A stretch of DNA of 63,782 bases, filler included, from Lenisia limosa (Eukaryota > Protista > Breviatea): NCBI GenBank assembly GCA_001655205.1. It is 9 parts of 9 records of this genome, joined end to end, with 100 filler letters (N's around TTAATTAATTAA, not from the genome) between each part and the next. Parts side by side here need not be neighbours in the genome. Positions count along the whole stretch, not along the records: positions 1 to 14,458 come from LPNZ01001111.1; positions 14,559 to 18,136 come from LPNZ01002752.1; positions 18,237 to 19,538 come from LPNZ01001599.1; positions 19,639 to 20,952 come from LPNZ01000392.1; positions 21,053 to 25,688 come from LPNZ01001028.1; positions 25,789 to 31,598 come from LPNZ01003813.1; 3 more parts are not named here. One strand, given 5' to 3'. Below the pieces are notes generated by a model. It did no database searches and was not told the origin of the DNA. It saw nothing but the letters and a program-made list of their open reading frames with translations. Positions 13,831 to 25,904 of the stretch are shown in pieces (within the stretch, counting starts at the first letter, position 1; each line of letters starts with the position of its first letter). Both the position numbers and the translations under genes were made by a program.

Positions 13831-14109
13831 TTGAAACAAAGAGGATTGAGTACCCTATGCGGTTAACAAAATGGGAAATAGTATGTTGAATATCATATGA
13901 TATATGACCCATTATCTCTTATAAGCGTGATGTGGACGGACCCGAAACAGCCTTGTATATCTCATTTCGATATGTATAAGTAATATATGATATCTATGTA
14001 TTACGTACATATCATATATGTATGTGTGGGCTTCATTTCGGTCAAAAAAGACTAGAGGATTTATCAAGAGGTTCTGTTTTGGTAGCAAAATGACTATACC
14101 GTACTACTA

Positions 14110-15620
14110 TGAGAAAACTTACGTTGAATTGGGATCATCAGTTATGAGGTTGTCAAACGCATTGTAGCGTAATGAGGTAAAGCACCCCTTGCAGTTGGGC
14201 TGTGTTGAGTACCACCTATGATTATCACGTTGAAGAGACATTGTCCCCTTGAGCTTTGAACAAACAAGTTATGCACATCATTACGCCGCAAACATTCCCG
14301 AGTCGAAGCCGGGCTGAAAGAAAACAACTGCCCAGTTGACACCTTGAAGTTGTACTAAAAAGGGTTACAAAGTAGTGGCATTTTCCTATGTAATTTTTAG
14401 GCGCCCTATCTGAGTGTGAACACCAATATGAGTGTGAACACCAATCTGAGTGTGAACGNNNNNNNNNNNNNNNNNNNNNNNNNNNNNNNNNNNNNNNNNN
14501 NNTTAATTAATTAANNNNNNNNNNNNNNNNNNNNNNNNNNNNNNNNNNNNNNNNNNNNCTTCGGTTCGAAAAAGACCGGTAAAATATCGATGGTTTTCGA
14601 GGATTTATCGAGAAATTCCGTCTTTTTTCGAACCGAAGTGAAGCCCACGTTTTCACCCCCCTAAAATATAGATACACTACCCTTAATTCTTGACCGATTT
14701 GTTATGAACTAATATCCTAATAGAAGACGAAGGGGTTCGAAACCCCATAAGAAGTATATCATCTGATAAATTTTGTCACCCCAATGAGCACGCTACTGTT
14801 CAATATGGGAGGAGGCACGCAGAAAGCTGATTGCAAGTTATCATATTAATTATACACATTTATTATACATATATTACTTATTATTAACCACATTTATTAG
14901 ACAGCATAATAACACATACTATATCATATGTAGTATATAGCAATGAGAAATAAGAAACAAGGTCGTCGTAAAAAAAATATTATTCACCCAAACATTTGCC
15001 TACAACTCTGCGCACACAGCTTTCTGCGTGCCTCCCCAGCATATCATATGCTTATGATCTTATTATGCCATCATTGTCGCACTTATAATTATGCGCAGAC
15101 CGCAGACACATCATGACACACTTATTATTATGCACAGACCATCAAACACACACTTATTTTATTCCTTGAAAGTAATTAATATTATACTATAATCCAATAT
15201 CTCTTATAAGCGTGATGATGTGGACGGCTTCGGCCAGATACATCTTTATTTTTCATTCCTATATATTCCTTGAACGTAGACTGGTTTTGTATGTGTACAA
15301 CAAGAGTGCTTTGAGATTTATTAACTGCCAACAATATGAGTTTCATGTGTCCATTAATAAATAAATTTGGGTGTTATGGGCACGCTTCAATGCTATATAG
15401 CGGATTCAAGACTTGCGTAAATCCAAAATGAACAAGTAGGAATCATAAAGGGCGGGGATCCAAGGATTATGCCACTCGAGAAAACGATAGGTAACAAGTA
15501 TTTGAAACACCGCCTCAGTCATGACATAGCGCCATCCTACCGCGCTTTTGGCCTGAGTGCCCTTGATGCTCTTGTTGACCGAAGTCATTGCTCCCTTGAA
15601 GGCTTTCATTTTCGAGGAGA
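14110..15620 (-). CDS. Possible exons of a small unassigned gene divergent from GGH
   Basis: Coding-like stretches SKMKAFKGAMTSVNKSIKGTQAKSA|gtagga and PNCKGCFTSLRYNAFDNLITDDPNS|gtaagt. No coherent gene model obtained. Confidence 0.22.
14410..14458 (+). repeat. 18-bp tandem repeat (TGAGTGTGAACACCAAT[A/C]) x3 running into a gap; related motif in reverse at ~53060-53092
   Basis: Direct reading. 53060-53092 reads GTTCGCACTCCGGTTGGTGTTCGCACTCAG. Confidence 0.7.
14459..14558. other. Assembly gap with artificial TTAATTAATTAA linker (also near 18181, 19583, 20997, 25733, 31643, 33465, 61933)
   Basis: An identical 12-mer centred in ~100-nt N blocks; it contains stop codons in all six frames. Confidence 0.95.
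14559..14646. mobile_element. P95 MITE-like copy (left end in gap); a partial copy also lies at ~14028-14070
   Basis: CTTCGGTTCGAAAAAGACC...GTCTTTTTTCGAACCGAAGTGAAGCCC. Confidence 0.75.
14811..15247. repeat. Second dispersed repeat family (GGCACGCAGAAAGCTG and TATCTCTTATAAGCGTGATGATGTGGACGGCTTCGGCC modules), including a perfect 19-bp inverted pair at 14811-14829 / 15017-15035
   Basis: Modules recur at ~13908-13965, 15196-15247, 19165-19290, 21053-21085 and in reverse at 27245-27362 and 28110-28170. Confidence 0.7.
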
Positions 15621-15853
15621 TTCTTTAATACACTCGTTTAACTGGTTAGTTTGGTTAGTAGTGGTTTTGTTTTTTTCGGTGGAATTATGCCTGGCTGCGT
15701 ACCGGGAACGATATATTGCCCCGATAATGAAAAATTGGGAAATACAAGGGCTAAAGGGATTGTACCACTTGGGTTCGCACAGCAGAAAGATATTAGACGA
15801 GTTGAGACGGACTAGACTGAGTATATAATCGTTTTCATCTCGCGACTTCAAAG

Positions 15854-18030
15854 ATGCTGTCTAAGTCAACAGCCATAGCTCTTCTGGGCCTTCTGTTCTC
15901 CTTATTAACAGCTCCTGCACTATCTAAGTTAGTATCGCCGAAGCCTGATCCCATCATTGGCCTTGTTGCCCAGGTATGCAACTTGTTCTCGAACACCTCT
16001 TCCCGAGATCTCTTAATACAATATGATCCTCGGCTATATAGCGAAAATATCAAGGGGGAACAGCAATACTATTCGTAGAATATATGAAAATAAGCAACAT
16101 GATGATGTGTTTTGCTGGTATTATGTTAGGAAATAGGTGTGGTATCGGATACATATAGACAAGAATCTCTTATTCCACCTTGGATTCTTATTTTTTCATT
16201 AAAAATAAGTAAAAAAAATTTGGTGCACGATTGATATACTGATGAGGTAGATTGAAATTTGGTCAAAATATAGGGGAAAAATGTTATATTTTACTTACTT
16301 TTTATATTACTAAAATAAACATCAATCACACCTTTATGTTATTACAGTGATACTTGGCCGACTTTTTGAAGGAATTGACATTGTTTAGCCGCTCGAATGG
16401 AACGATGAGCACAGTACACCTTATGTTGCCGCTTCCTACGTCAAATGGCTTGAAAGTGCTGGTGCTCGCGNNNNNNNNNNNNNNNNNNNNNNNNNNNNNN
16501 NNNNNNNNNNNNNNNNNNNNNNATACTAAGCAAAATTAGGTATAATCTTTGATGGGGGCAATATACTCTGTATAATTGTGGTACTCATATCGTACATATC
16601 ATACATTTCAAAACATTGATGTTGGTAGGAGGATGGGGATGAGTGCTTAATTATTTGATAGCTGACGATTTATTTCCCAGGTGTTGCAGTATAAAATGAC
16701 CAAAGACGAATTAGCACACATTCTTCCTCATCTTGATGGGTGGGTGGGGAGTAACACCAAGTCCAGGTTCTCGTTAAAATAGGTTCCTCTAAATTTTGAA
16801 ATCAATTTTCCACTTAATTGCACGGAGCCCCAAAGTGTTTTTTTTTTGTTTAGCGGTCTGCTTTAACGATGGTAGCGTTCTCTTCCCTGGGGGCGACCTG
16901 ACTATTCTGGAGAAGCACCAGTTATATAGGACTTTTGTTAACAATGTTGTCACATTCGCGGAAAATGTTAACACGTCAGGAGGCTACTTTGCTCTTTGGG
17001 GAACCTGTACGTGGGACAACTATGTAGTAATGTAGTATATGATACGTGTTGAAAAAAATAATGTTATTTGAGTAATTTGATAATATTATAATCACTTGTG
17101 ATTGTTGTTCAGTCCTGTATTCTCCAACACAGTAATACTGAATTGTATCCCCTCCCCTTATATAATATTCCTTATGCATACCCACCCCACTTTTCTATTG
17201 TAATAGAGATTCATATGTATATTGTACATATCACACATGTAGATATGTCACTTTTAAAAAATAATATTTCAATTAATTGCTTGGGGTCCTAATACTAATA
17301 CTTTTTCCTTTCTTGGTGTTTTTTTGTTATGTGTATGTATGTATTACCAATCTCATTCGTTACATTTACCCACTCAGGCATGGGCTATGAGAGTATTGCA
17401 GTTGGGCTGACACACATGAATACGTCTGTTCTTGGCTCTTATGACAGCTGGGATGAAACGCTCTCCCTCACCCTTATGGATGTGGGTGCTTTGGTTCTTT
17501 GTTTCAAGAATATGGTGATGTGTTTCAATAATTCACACACCCTCATGGATATGGGTTCCCTTTGGCCCTGACATATTACAACGGCGCATTGACTTGGATT
17601 TCTTTTGCAGAAGTTTGGATTCCCATTATTTATATGATAATCCTATGTAACTTTTTTTGGAAATTTTGAAGAAATTTTAGGATTTCGAAATACTACACTG
17701 GAATCCCAAGTCGATGCACTGTAAAGATATAGAAAAATTTGGACATTTTCTGGATCGGAGTAAATCTCTAGTTGTTGCACTTCTCAATTATTTCAGACTT
17801 TCGAAACGAGCATGATTGGTCAGCATATGGATTCCATGACTCACGAGGTGTGTGGGCGATTTTATTAAGATTATTATCATTCCTCAGCTTCTCCTATTTC
17901 TTTTTTGTATTATTATTATATTATTATTATTTTTATTATTATTATTATTATTAGTATTAGTATTAGTATTATCATTAGTATTAGTATTAGTGTTTGTATC
18001 CAGTAATAACTTTCGTTTTCCATAATCAAA
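15854..18030 (+). CDS. GGH: Gamma-glutamyl hydrolase (peptidase C26) with signal peptide; C-terminal exons not resolved (adjacent gap)
   Basis: Signal-peptide-like MLSKSTAIALLGLLFSLL, then PIIGLVAQ, YVAASYVKWLESAGAR, LDG|VLFPGG and YFALWGTC|MGYE. The catalytic Cys codon is split T|GC by an intron. Confidence 0.88.
17905..17995 (+). repeat. (TTA)n/(TTAGTA)n microsatellite in a GGH intron
   Basis: Direct reading. Confidence 0.85.
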
Positions 18031-18638
18031 GGTGATAACGCGAGTCATCCATCTCAACATAATATCTCTAGGCATATAGTGCATTAGAAATCATTCTGTG
18101 ACGCGATTTTATTAAGATTATTATCATTCCTCAGCTNNNNNNNNNNNNNNNNNNNNNNNNNNNNNNNNNNNNNNNNNNNNTTAATTAATTAANNNNNNNN
18201 NNNNNNNNNNNNNNNNNNNNNNNNNNNNNNNNNNNNAAAAAAAAAAAAAAAAAAAAGCACGGGGGGGGAGGTGTAAAACGAAGGAAGAATACTAGCGTAC
18301 AGGTACTAAACACAAAATTATTCTGGTTCTTTAAAAACAAAACAACAATAAAACAACAACAAAAACAAAACAAAAAACAACTCACACCAAAACCTGCACC
18401 AACCTGGTTAGTATCAAGGTCAATAACGAACACGTAGAGGTTTTCCCCAACAACGATCAGCTTCGATTTCTACGAGAGGTGAATTGGAGGCTTAGCTGAC
18501 AACCAAGTAGTATTTCTACGACAGGGTGAATGATTGTTTTTGTGAATTGAATTGTGGCCGCTTTAATTCTATCAACAAAGGTCAACGAAACGTCGAGAGG
18601 TAGTGAGGGAAATATTTCAACACAGTGTGGTCACAAGT

Positions 18639-18729
18639 GCTTCACTTCAGTTAAAAAACAAACAGTTAAAATATCAATAGTTTTCGAGGATATACCGATA
18701 ATTGTCTTTATTTGAACCGAAGTGAAGCC
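18639..18729. mobile_element. P95 MITE-like copy
   Basis: GCTTCACTTCAGTTAAAAAAC...TTTGAACCGAAGTGAAGCC with the shared internal core in reverse orientation. Confidence 0.7.
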
Positions 18730-19164
18730 TTAGTGGTAAAGACAAAAAGGGGTGGGGGGTAAAAAGGGATGCACATCATCGCGTCCCTGTAGATTTGTAA
18801 TATTTGATAGGTTGGTAAAATAAAATTTTTATCTACATGTAGCTATATAAAAAAAAAAGTCAACACCAACACTGTTGGCTAGATATAAAGAGGACCCACA
18901 TCGTCTTCTCTCTGGAAGCAGTTGGGTGAGTCAAGGGGGAAGTTGTCTTGATCAGTGACAAACGTGAGCTCGGTTCTTGACCATGCCTGTGGGAAGATAA
19001 TGAGAAACAACAAAAGTGTTCCAGAACATCTTGATCATATTATGTCAGAGTAACATATCATATGAATAGAACATCAAAAACAATAGTACATCTATCGGTA
19101 GGAATTTTATATAACCATGTGTATTGGCAAATAGAATAATGATATACTACTATGATTTGAGTAT

Positions 19165-19290
19165 GCTGGGAGACACGCAGAAAGCTGTGTGCACATGGGT
19201 GAATTAATAGTAACATATATGATATACTATATTTCAATATCTCTTATAAGTGAGATGATGTTGGACAGCTTCGGCCAAATACAACCTTGG
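19165..19290 (+). repeat. Compact copy of the second repeat family
   Basis: GGGAGACACGCAGAAAGCTGTGTGCAC ... ATATCTCTTATAAGTGAGATGATGTTGGACAGCTTCGGCCAAATAC. Confidence 0.65.
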
Positions 19291-19679
19291 TATTTACACA
19301 GTAGTGCAACAAAATTGTCACCAAAACCCACATCAGTTGGGCTTGCCAATGGAACAGAATACACGCCGAAGTCTTGGGGGATGTGGGGCTTGCAACATTC
19401 AGGACGGGGGTCGGAGGAACCTTTAGAGTGAATTGGTTTTTGCTATCGTTTGTTTGCTTTAGAGTGAAGCATAGTTGTGTTTTCCTATCATTTGTTTGTT
19501 TTTGAAATAAACCCAGCTCCCCAAGACCCCCCTCCCCCNNNNNNNNNNNNNNNNNNNNNNNNNNNNNNNNNNNNNNNNNNNNTTAATTAATTAANNNNNN
19601 NNNNNNNNNNNNNNNNNNNNNNNNNNNNNNNNNNNNNNCCCCCCCCCCCCATAATATTCTCAGCCAGTAAGTCCCCCCA

Positions 19680-20952
19680 CAATGGAATGAAGGTCAAGAT
19701 GGCCCGAAGCTGTGGGGTCACTCAGCTCCAAAGTCGCAAGGGACTCGTGAACTAAACTGCCGGGCTCCTGGGGGAGAGGGTCAAAACTAGGTCTCTTTGC
19801 AAGAAGAAGGATAAAGGATACTATGAAGATGAGAACTAAAGAAAGAGAGTATCGTCCTACTTCGCCACTTTTCGCACACAGACCCGGATGGTCACAAATT
19901 CGCTTCAAAACCTAAGGCGTAAGAATCATCACACCACCACAGAAGTTATATCTGCTCTACACCCATCTTCATCACCGACACAACATTAACATCATGTTTA
20001 AACATCATCACCATAACCATCACCACCATCACCACCATCAACAACATTACCAACAACATCACCACCACAATCCCACATTCAGTTCCGCCAGTGGTGCCCT
20101 TGAGAGATCCCTCCTGGCAGCCTTGGTAGCAGCAGAAGCCAGGAAGGTCCGATAGAACTGCTCCTGGAATCGCCCCAATTGAAGCCATACAACCACTTCA
20201 TCCTTGCGACACGGCAACGATTGCTGGGGGGAAGGAAGTTATAAAAAAAGGATTAAAACTTCAAGAAATCATCTAAGCTTACTATTTTTGGAAATGGGAG
20301 AGAAAACAATCAAAAAAAAAAAAATTCCTCCCCTGCCTTGCACCCCCCACTTCGACTCTCTCAGCGGTTTGCAATACTTCGGCTTTGGTACGTCTGAGGA
20401 TATATGGGCTTGTACGGGCATGGAGGGCGGCAGTCAGCTCCCGGGCAACTTCTATGGCTTCTTCCGTGGCCTTTCGTTCTGAGCCCTGGGGGGATGGGGT
20501 AAGAAGGACAGGATAAAAAAGGATTTCACTGCGAGTTGAAAAAAAGGGGCTGGAAAGAGACGAGCTAGTAACTATTACTGTAGCATTGGAGAGGGGGTGA
20601 GAGATGGTGAAAGAGATGACTAGGGTTTCACTAGGTTCGAAAAAAAGATTGAATTTCTCGATAAATCCTCGAAAACTATAGATTTTTTACCGGTCTTTTT
20701 CGAACCGAAGTGACTAAACCATCTAAAAGAAGTGGTGGGGTGAAAGGAAGGGGCTGTAAACCGACCAGAGAAACTCTCGACATACCGACTAGAGAAACTC
20801 TCAACATACCGCAGCAATTGGGGCGGACCAGTTTCTTTTGAATGTGGCGTGAGTGCCGAATAGAGTGCCAGCAAGAGCAAAGTCGAATAACGCCCATAGT
20901 TCCTGGGTGGAGGGGTCAAGCAAAGTCGATATCCCCCACGGCAATATTCTTT
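19680..20952 (-). CDS. ERCC6L: SNF2-family ATPase, ERCC6L/PICH-like (central part; flanking parts probably hidden in linker gaps, possible 5' exons up to ~22.9 kb)
   Basis: KNIA|ELWALFDFALAGTLFGTHATFKRNWSAPI, GSERKAT...TSPYILRRTKAEV, DEVVVWLQLGRFQEQFYRTFL...RAPLAELN|VLKRICDHPGL. The PLAEL.VLK..CDHP.L pattern fits PICH better than CSB. Confidence 0.82.
19990..20070 (+). repeat. (CAT/CAC/CAA)n triplet microsatellite in an ERCC6L-like intron
   Basis: Direct reading. Confidence 0.8.
20623..20716. mobile_element. P95 MITE-like copy, in an ERCC6L-like intron
   Basis: TA|GGGTTTCACTAGGTTCGAAAAAAAGATTGAATTTCTCGATAAATCCTCGAAAAC...TTTTTCGAACCGAAGTGA. Confidence 0.75.
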
Positions 20953-21252
20953 NNNNNNNNNNNNNNNNNNNNNNNNNNNNNNNNNNNNNNNNNNNNTTAA
21001 TTAATTAANNNNNNNNNNNNNNNNNNNNNNNNNNNNNNNNNNNNNNNNNNNNATGGTGTGGACGGCTTCGGGCAGATACAAACTTATTTTTTTTGTTTCT
21101 CATTGCTATATATAATGGTTGTGTTATGTGTTATTGGTTTGCTGTGGTGGTGTTTTCCCACTGGGGTGTCTAGTATATGAGGTCCATTGCTTCCCTGATG
21201 AAATTCCATCATGCGTTTTAAATGTTTGAGACTATGGAGTGGGGTAACAATA

Positions 21253-21345
21253 GGGCTTCACTTCGGTTCAAAAAAAAACTCGGGAAAATATCGATAGTTT
21301 TCAAGGATTTATCGAGACATTCTTTTTTGAACCGAAGTGAAGCCC
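21253..21345. mobile_element. P95 MITE-like copy
   Basis: TA|GGGCTTCACTTCGGTTCAAAAAAAA...TTTTTTGAACCGAAGTGAAGCCC. Confidence 0.8.
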
Positions 21346-21643
21346 AAGTAATACTATTCTCATATTTCATTTTTATCTCCGATTCGTTCACTTTTCATGC
21401 ATCACCAATTAGGAGCTACTAGGAAGGCCGCGTCCTTTTCTCTGGAGAGGCACCCCGCTTTTGGAGGTGGGGAGGGGCACAGAAGCAGCTTTGTTATTTT
21501 CCATCTCTAAATACCTATTTTCTCTGCTTCTATATAAAGCGGGGCTATGATGAGAAAAGCTACAGATCTCCCAGGTGTATAGTGATGATGATTAAAGGGA
21601 TTCAGCCCCATATCAAGGGCGTTTTTTTATTGTTTTCCAGCTT

Positions 21644-21739
21644 GAGCTTCACTTCGGTTCGAAAAATACCAGCAAAATATCGATAGTTTTCGAGGATTTG
21701 TCGAGAAATTCAGTCTTTTTTCGAACCGAAGTGAAGCCC
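21644..21739. mobile_element. P95 MITE-like copy; a partial copy also lies at ~22585-22642
   Basis: GAGCTTCACTTCGGTTCGAAAAA...TTTTTTCGAACCGAAGTGAAGCCC, near-perfect ~22-bp TIR. Confidence 0.8.
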
Positions 21740-23264
21740 TTTTTCCAATCCTCATTTATATTGCCAATCAGGGTTAATTTTTGTTCAATGTAATATTTTT
21801 CTTTTACTCCCCATAGTCGATATGTGAGTCAGGAGACAATCTTGCCTCTCAACCCCAGGCAGCCGTTATCCCTTTTCCTCTCCAAGGTTGGTGGTTTCCA
21901 TTTGGCCTAACAAGAAATTACATGAAATAAAGCTAAGGATACATCATAACGTAGTTGGAGAGTTGTCTTGGATATCGGATTAGAAATTGAAGAACACTGA
22001 TACCCTAAACAAGTTTCTCAGATGGAATTTAAAAATGACGCGTTGTTTTTAGTTTAATCTTGGTTTTTTCAGTAGAACCGGAACTGAAGTCGAATTTCGG
22101 TTCAGGTTCTTAGTAAAAAAAAACCGGAACCGAAAGTGAAGTTTACTTCACTGTGATACACATTTTGTTAATCACAGTCTCTTGTGCACTCACTGCTGAC
22201 AGATAACCCACTCTTCATTGGGACTCCTCCCCCAGTACCGCCCCTCCATTTGGGATCCTCTGTAGGGCGGTTCATTTACTGGGGATCCAAACAACATAAT
22301 ACTGAGAGTTGATTCTGATTCTTTTGTTTCAAGAAACTTCCATAAAGATGTGAGGCTTCAAACAGACTCCTTTCCGTAACTTCCATTGCTAACCATTGCA
22401 GTTACAAACCTACCACCAGGACTGGGCTGGCCTCGAGTACCCTGATCCCCCACAGCTCCTTCAGTCTTCCCGACAAAGTGCGGATGGATGGGCTGTTTTT
22501 TACTATCATTATTATTTTATTATTATTTTTCTATGTGATTTTGTTGATCAATAACCATTAACTTTGGGCTTAACTCCAGATAAAGACCTGTGATAATATC
22601 GATAAAGCAAGAAATTCAGTCTTTTTGAATCGAAGTGAAGCCGTAATTTGAATGTGATGATTAGGACGACTTGTGCCAGGTCTTCCTTTGTTTTTCTGTA
22701 CCTACAGAGCTCTAAAATTTACCTTAATTTCTCAATCAAAAAAAATCACGCGGTCCTAATTAGTTTTTATTGTTGTAGGTAGTAGCTTATCAGGTTTACA
22801 TCGAGCTGAAGTTGCCAGCAGTATTCTGACTCAAGATGCTGACATCTCCTCGCAGTTCACCCTAGAGTTGGGGGGGGGGGTGATGGATGATAACTGAGAG
22901 AAGGATTCGGTTTAGATTTAATTTCTCGATATGATGATTTGTGTCCTCTTGATTCAACTTAGTAAACGCCAGTTCACATGAGTGGAAAGGAGAGGGTTAA
23001 AATGTGAATACTTTGATTTATTTTACAGTTTTAATTTTTGTTCCTTTAAAATTGTTTAACGCTCGAGTCTTTCGAGAAATACTTGCTTGGTTATTCACTG
23101 TTTTGTTACCTAAGGTTCCTCTTTGGTTCATACCGATTCTTTTCAGTTTTTTTTTTGTAAGAAATCAACAATCTGAATGTGAAAAAGAAAGATAAACCAA
23201 ACATAGTCATTATTGATGGGATATTAATCGTCTTTCGGGGAGTATTATTCCTTACCTCTAAGTA

Positions 23265-23461
23265 GGGTTTCACTTCGGTTCAAAAAGAGACTGAATTTCT
23301 TGAATATCGAAAATTATAGATATTTTACCTGTATTTTTTTCGAACCGAAGTGAAGCCCAACCTCTAAGGTTTCACTCCTATCAGATAATGACTAAATTAT
23401 TCGATAAATCACCGATATATTTCAATAGTTTACCGATATTTTTTGGACCGAAGTGAAGCCC
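23265..23461. mobile_element. Two adjacent P95 copies (23265-23358 and a diverged one at 23368-23461)
   Basis: Both end in GACCGAAGTGAAGCCC or GAACCGAAGTGAAGCCC. The first begins TA|GGGTTTCACTTCGGTTC and the second is followed by TA. Confidence 0.75.
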
Positions 23462-23523
23462 TATTCACCGCAACAGGAAGCAGCGTATTCTGTCCAAAGG
23501 CTTCTTCATCCCGACCCTCTCCG

Positions 23524-25689
23524 ATGTTCAAGGCATGGCCTCCTTTTGTCCAATCCCCACCACATCATGCCCCAAACCAGTCCTCCAGTTACCCAGGTAT
23601 GTGGCATCACACCTTGGTTTTTGTTTCCTCACCACGAGGATCAAACTTTTTTTTTTTGGATATTTTGGATTAAATCTGTTGCTCCCTTCATGCAAACCTT
23701 CCAAACTGGTCCTTATTATGCCTTCCACTAACCCCCCGAAAACGCCAAATAACAAACCAGGTCAAAATCCCCCATGAAGAAGCCTCGAGCCTCAATCCCA
23801 CGATCACACTCCCCGTCAAACGGTTTGCTTAGCGTTTGTCTTTTGCGGAGTTGACATTGTGTGTTCCTTGTTTGCTTCATTATGCAACTTCTTTCATTTT
23901 TTTCCATCACTGGATCAACTCCCCATCACCAATCACGCCTCAAGTCTCTCCCTCCAAATCCCCGGGGGCCCGCCGTCCTTCAGACCACCAGAACCGCTCC
24001 CGGTCGCCGCAACGAACAGTTCGACCCGCCAGTGCGCAAAGTGGTCACGTTGCGCGTTCAGCTGAGACGCGGCCGCGAAGTAGACCGTCCAGTGCCATGG
24101 GGCATTCTCAATACCCGCGTTCGTCAAGCCCGGTTTGGGGTGTTGCGGGTGTTTGGGTCGTCGTCATATACTATGGTATCATATTATATCTGTATATGCT
24201 ATCATAGCTCTTTCAGATGGTGGTACTCACTGCTTGTAGCAACGCTCCAGTAGTCCACAGAAAATGCCAAGAGGGCTTGCTGCATCTCCCTACACTTCTC
24301 GCCCGACTAAAACCAGTACAGGTGAGACTATTGCCTTTTTTTGTCTTAGTTTACTTGTTTTAAAAAAATATATAGCTATATGTGCGCAAAAGTGTATATA
24401 TGTAAATTTACCGCTTTAGGCAAGCCCCGTCCTCAACAACCAAAACCGGTAGTACCTTCCAGACGGGCAAAATTGACCGACCCTACCCCATCAAGAACCC
24501 AGCAGGACACGAGAGCGCAAAGCCCGGTCAAGGTTTGCATTTCTGAAACAGACCGAATTTCATGTATTTTAGGTTATCTATTGTTGTTTTTCAAAGTCAT
24601 TTTTTTTCACAAGTTTATTATTATTTTCGTTTCAACAGCTTTCCAAAGACTGTAAATCTTATGATCTTCACCTTTTCAGCGCCCCTCCTCCGTCACTCTC
24701 CAAAGCCAACGCGAAAGAGACGCGCAACGCAGTAAGCCGCGCGCAGTCCCGGAACGTCCCAAGTCCGCTCTCGAACCGACCCGTCCGGGATCCCCTGTTC
24801 GCCGGAAGCCAACTTCAGGACCATCTTCGGAAGCAATGGAGCGCCTAAGTCGTCCAAAAGAGGTAGATCGCAGATCGCGCGATCCTGTGGTACGGCCCTC
24901 TTCCCACACGCAATCACGCCCTTCTTCGCGCCAATCTGGCTCCACTGGCGCTGCGCCACGTTCGCAACGTACAACACCAGTGCTGTCCACGTCGACTACG
25001 CAAAAATCAACGACTTCGCGCGTTGCGTCACAGTCTCACCCCGATAAAACTGAAAGTCGGCCCGGGTCCAGGTCAGGTTCACGTGTCGAGAGGTCAACTG
25101 CAGCTACTCGGTCAAGTCGCCCTGGTAGGTGTTAATCTTATTATATATTTTTTTTTGACAGAATAGTGTTGAGAAGTTTGAGACTTGTTTTTTCATGATT
25201 ATGCTGTACACAGATGACACTATGAGACCCGACAAGTCAACTCACTACTTATTCTTCCTTGTTTAAAACCCGTATAATTGCTTCTCTTTTTTTTTCTTTT
25301 TTTTTGCCATTATCACCATGATGTAATACAACAGTTTCTAAGCCGACTCCTCCATCACGAACTGAGCGCACATCCAAACCCTCAACAAAACCATCGAGCA
25401 AACCCGTCGAGAGGTCTTCCAGTAAACCTGCTGACAAAACGTCTAGTAAACCTGTTGACAGAGCAGCCAGGAAGCCCAGTGACAAGCCATCGACTCGCAA
25501 GTCTGCTTCTGAGCAAGCTCAACGTCCTACTTCTGCTTCTAGGAAAAACGAGGTGGGCCGGCTAGGTGAAATGCCTTGATGTGCTCATTACAATCAATTG
25601 ACGATTCCCATTCGTTTTTTTTCTTAATGCACTGAAATATTCTTTTCTAATCCCATGATAGATTCCGCCATCGCCATCATCCCCCCAGN
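23524..25689 (+). CDS. Arg/Ser/Pro-rich low-complexity protein, multi-exon, 3' end runs into a gap
   Basis: GC-richer exon blocks with GT-AG borders encode e.g. RRPSDHQNRSRSPQRTVRPASAQSG, RSRDPVVRPSSHTQSRPSSRQSG and KPSSKPVERSSSKPADK. The start codon is uncertain. Confidence 0.6.
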
Positions 25690-25904
25690 NNNNNNNNNNN
25701 NNNNNNNNNNNNNNNNNNNNNNNNNNNNNNNNTTAATTAATTAANNNNNNNNNNNNNNNNNNNNNNNNNNNNNNNNNNNNNNNNNNNNCCAAGAATCAAA
25801 TTTGTTGGCTAGTTTTTGGGAAACGCACAAGGTTGATAACAAAACAAATATGTTTTCCAAGATTATTAAGGTTTAATATTTCTTCAAAAAAAAAAAGCAG
25901 CCTC

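Noticed and set aside
14690-14748. tRNA or SINE candidate (GGGGTTCGAAACCCC, B-box-like hairpin)
   Set aside because: No acceptor stem, D arm or anticodon arm can be folded; single occurrence.
17856-18136. 35-bp duplication (17856-17890 / 18102-18136)
   Set aside because: The second copy ends exactly at a contig end, so an assembly overlap artefact is as likely as a real duplication.
18181-18192. Recurrent TTAATTAATTAA palindrome
   Set aside because: Always centred in N blocks; an artificial six-frame-stop linker.
19660-20482. Plus-strand ORFs as GGH C-terminal exons
   Set aside because: The same bases encode clear SNF2 motifs on the minus strand with proper splice sites.
18137-21052. GGH lacking its C-terminus and the PICH-like gene lacking motif I and the HELICc lobe
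   Set aside because: Linker gaps of unknown size (18137-18236, 19539-19638, 20953-21052) sit where the missing exons would be, so truncation cannot be inferred.
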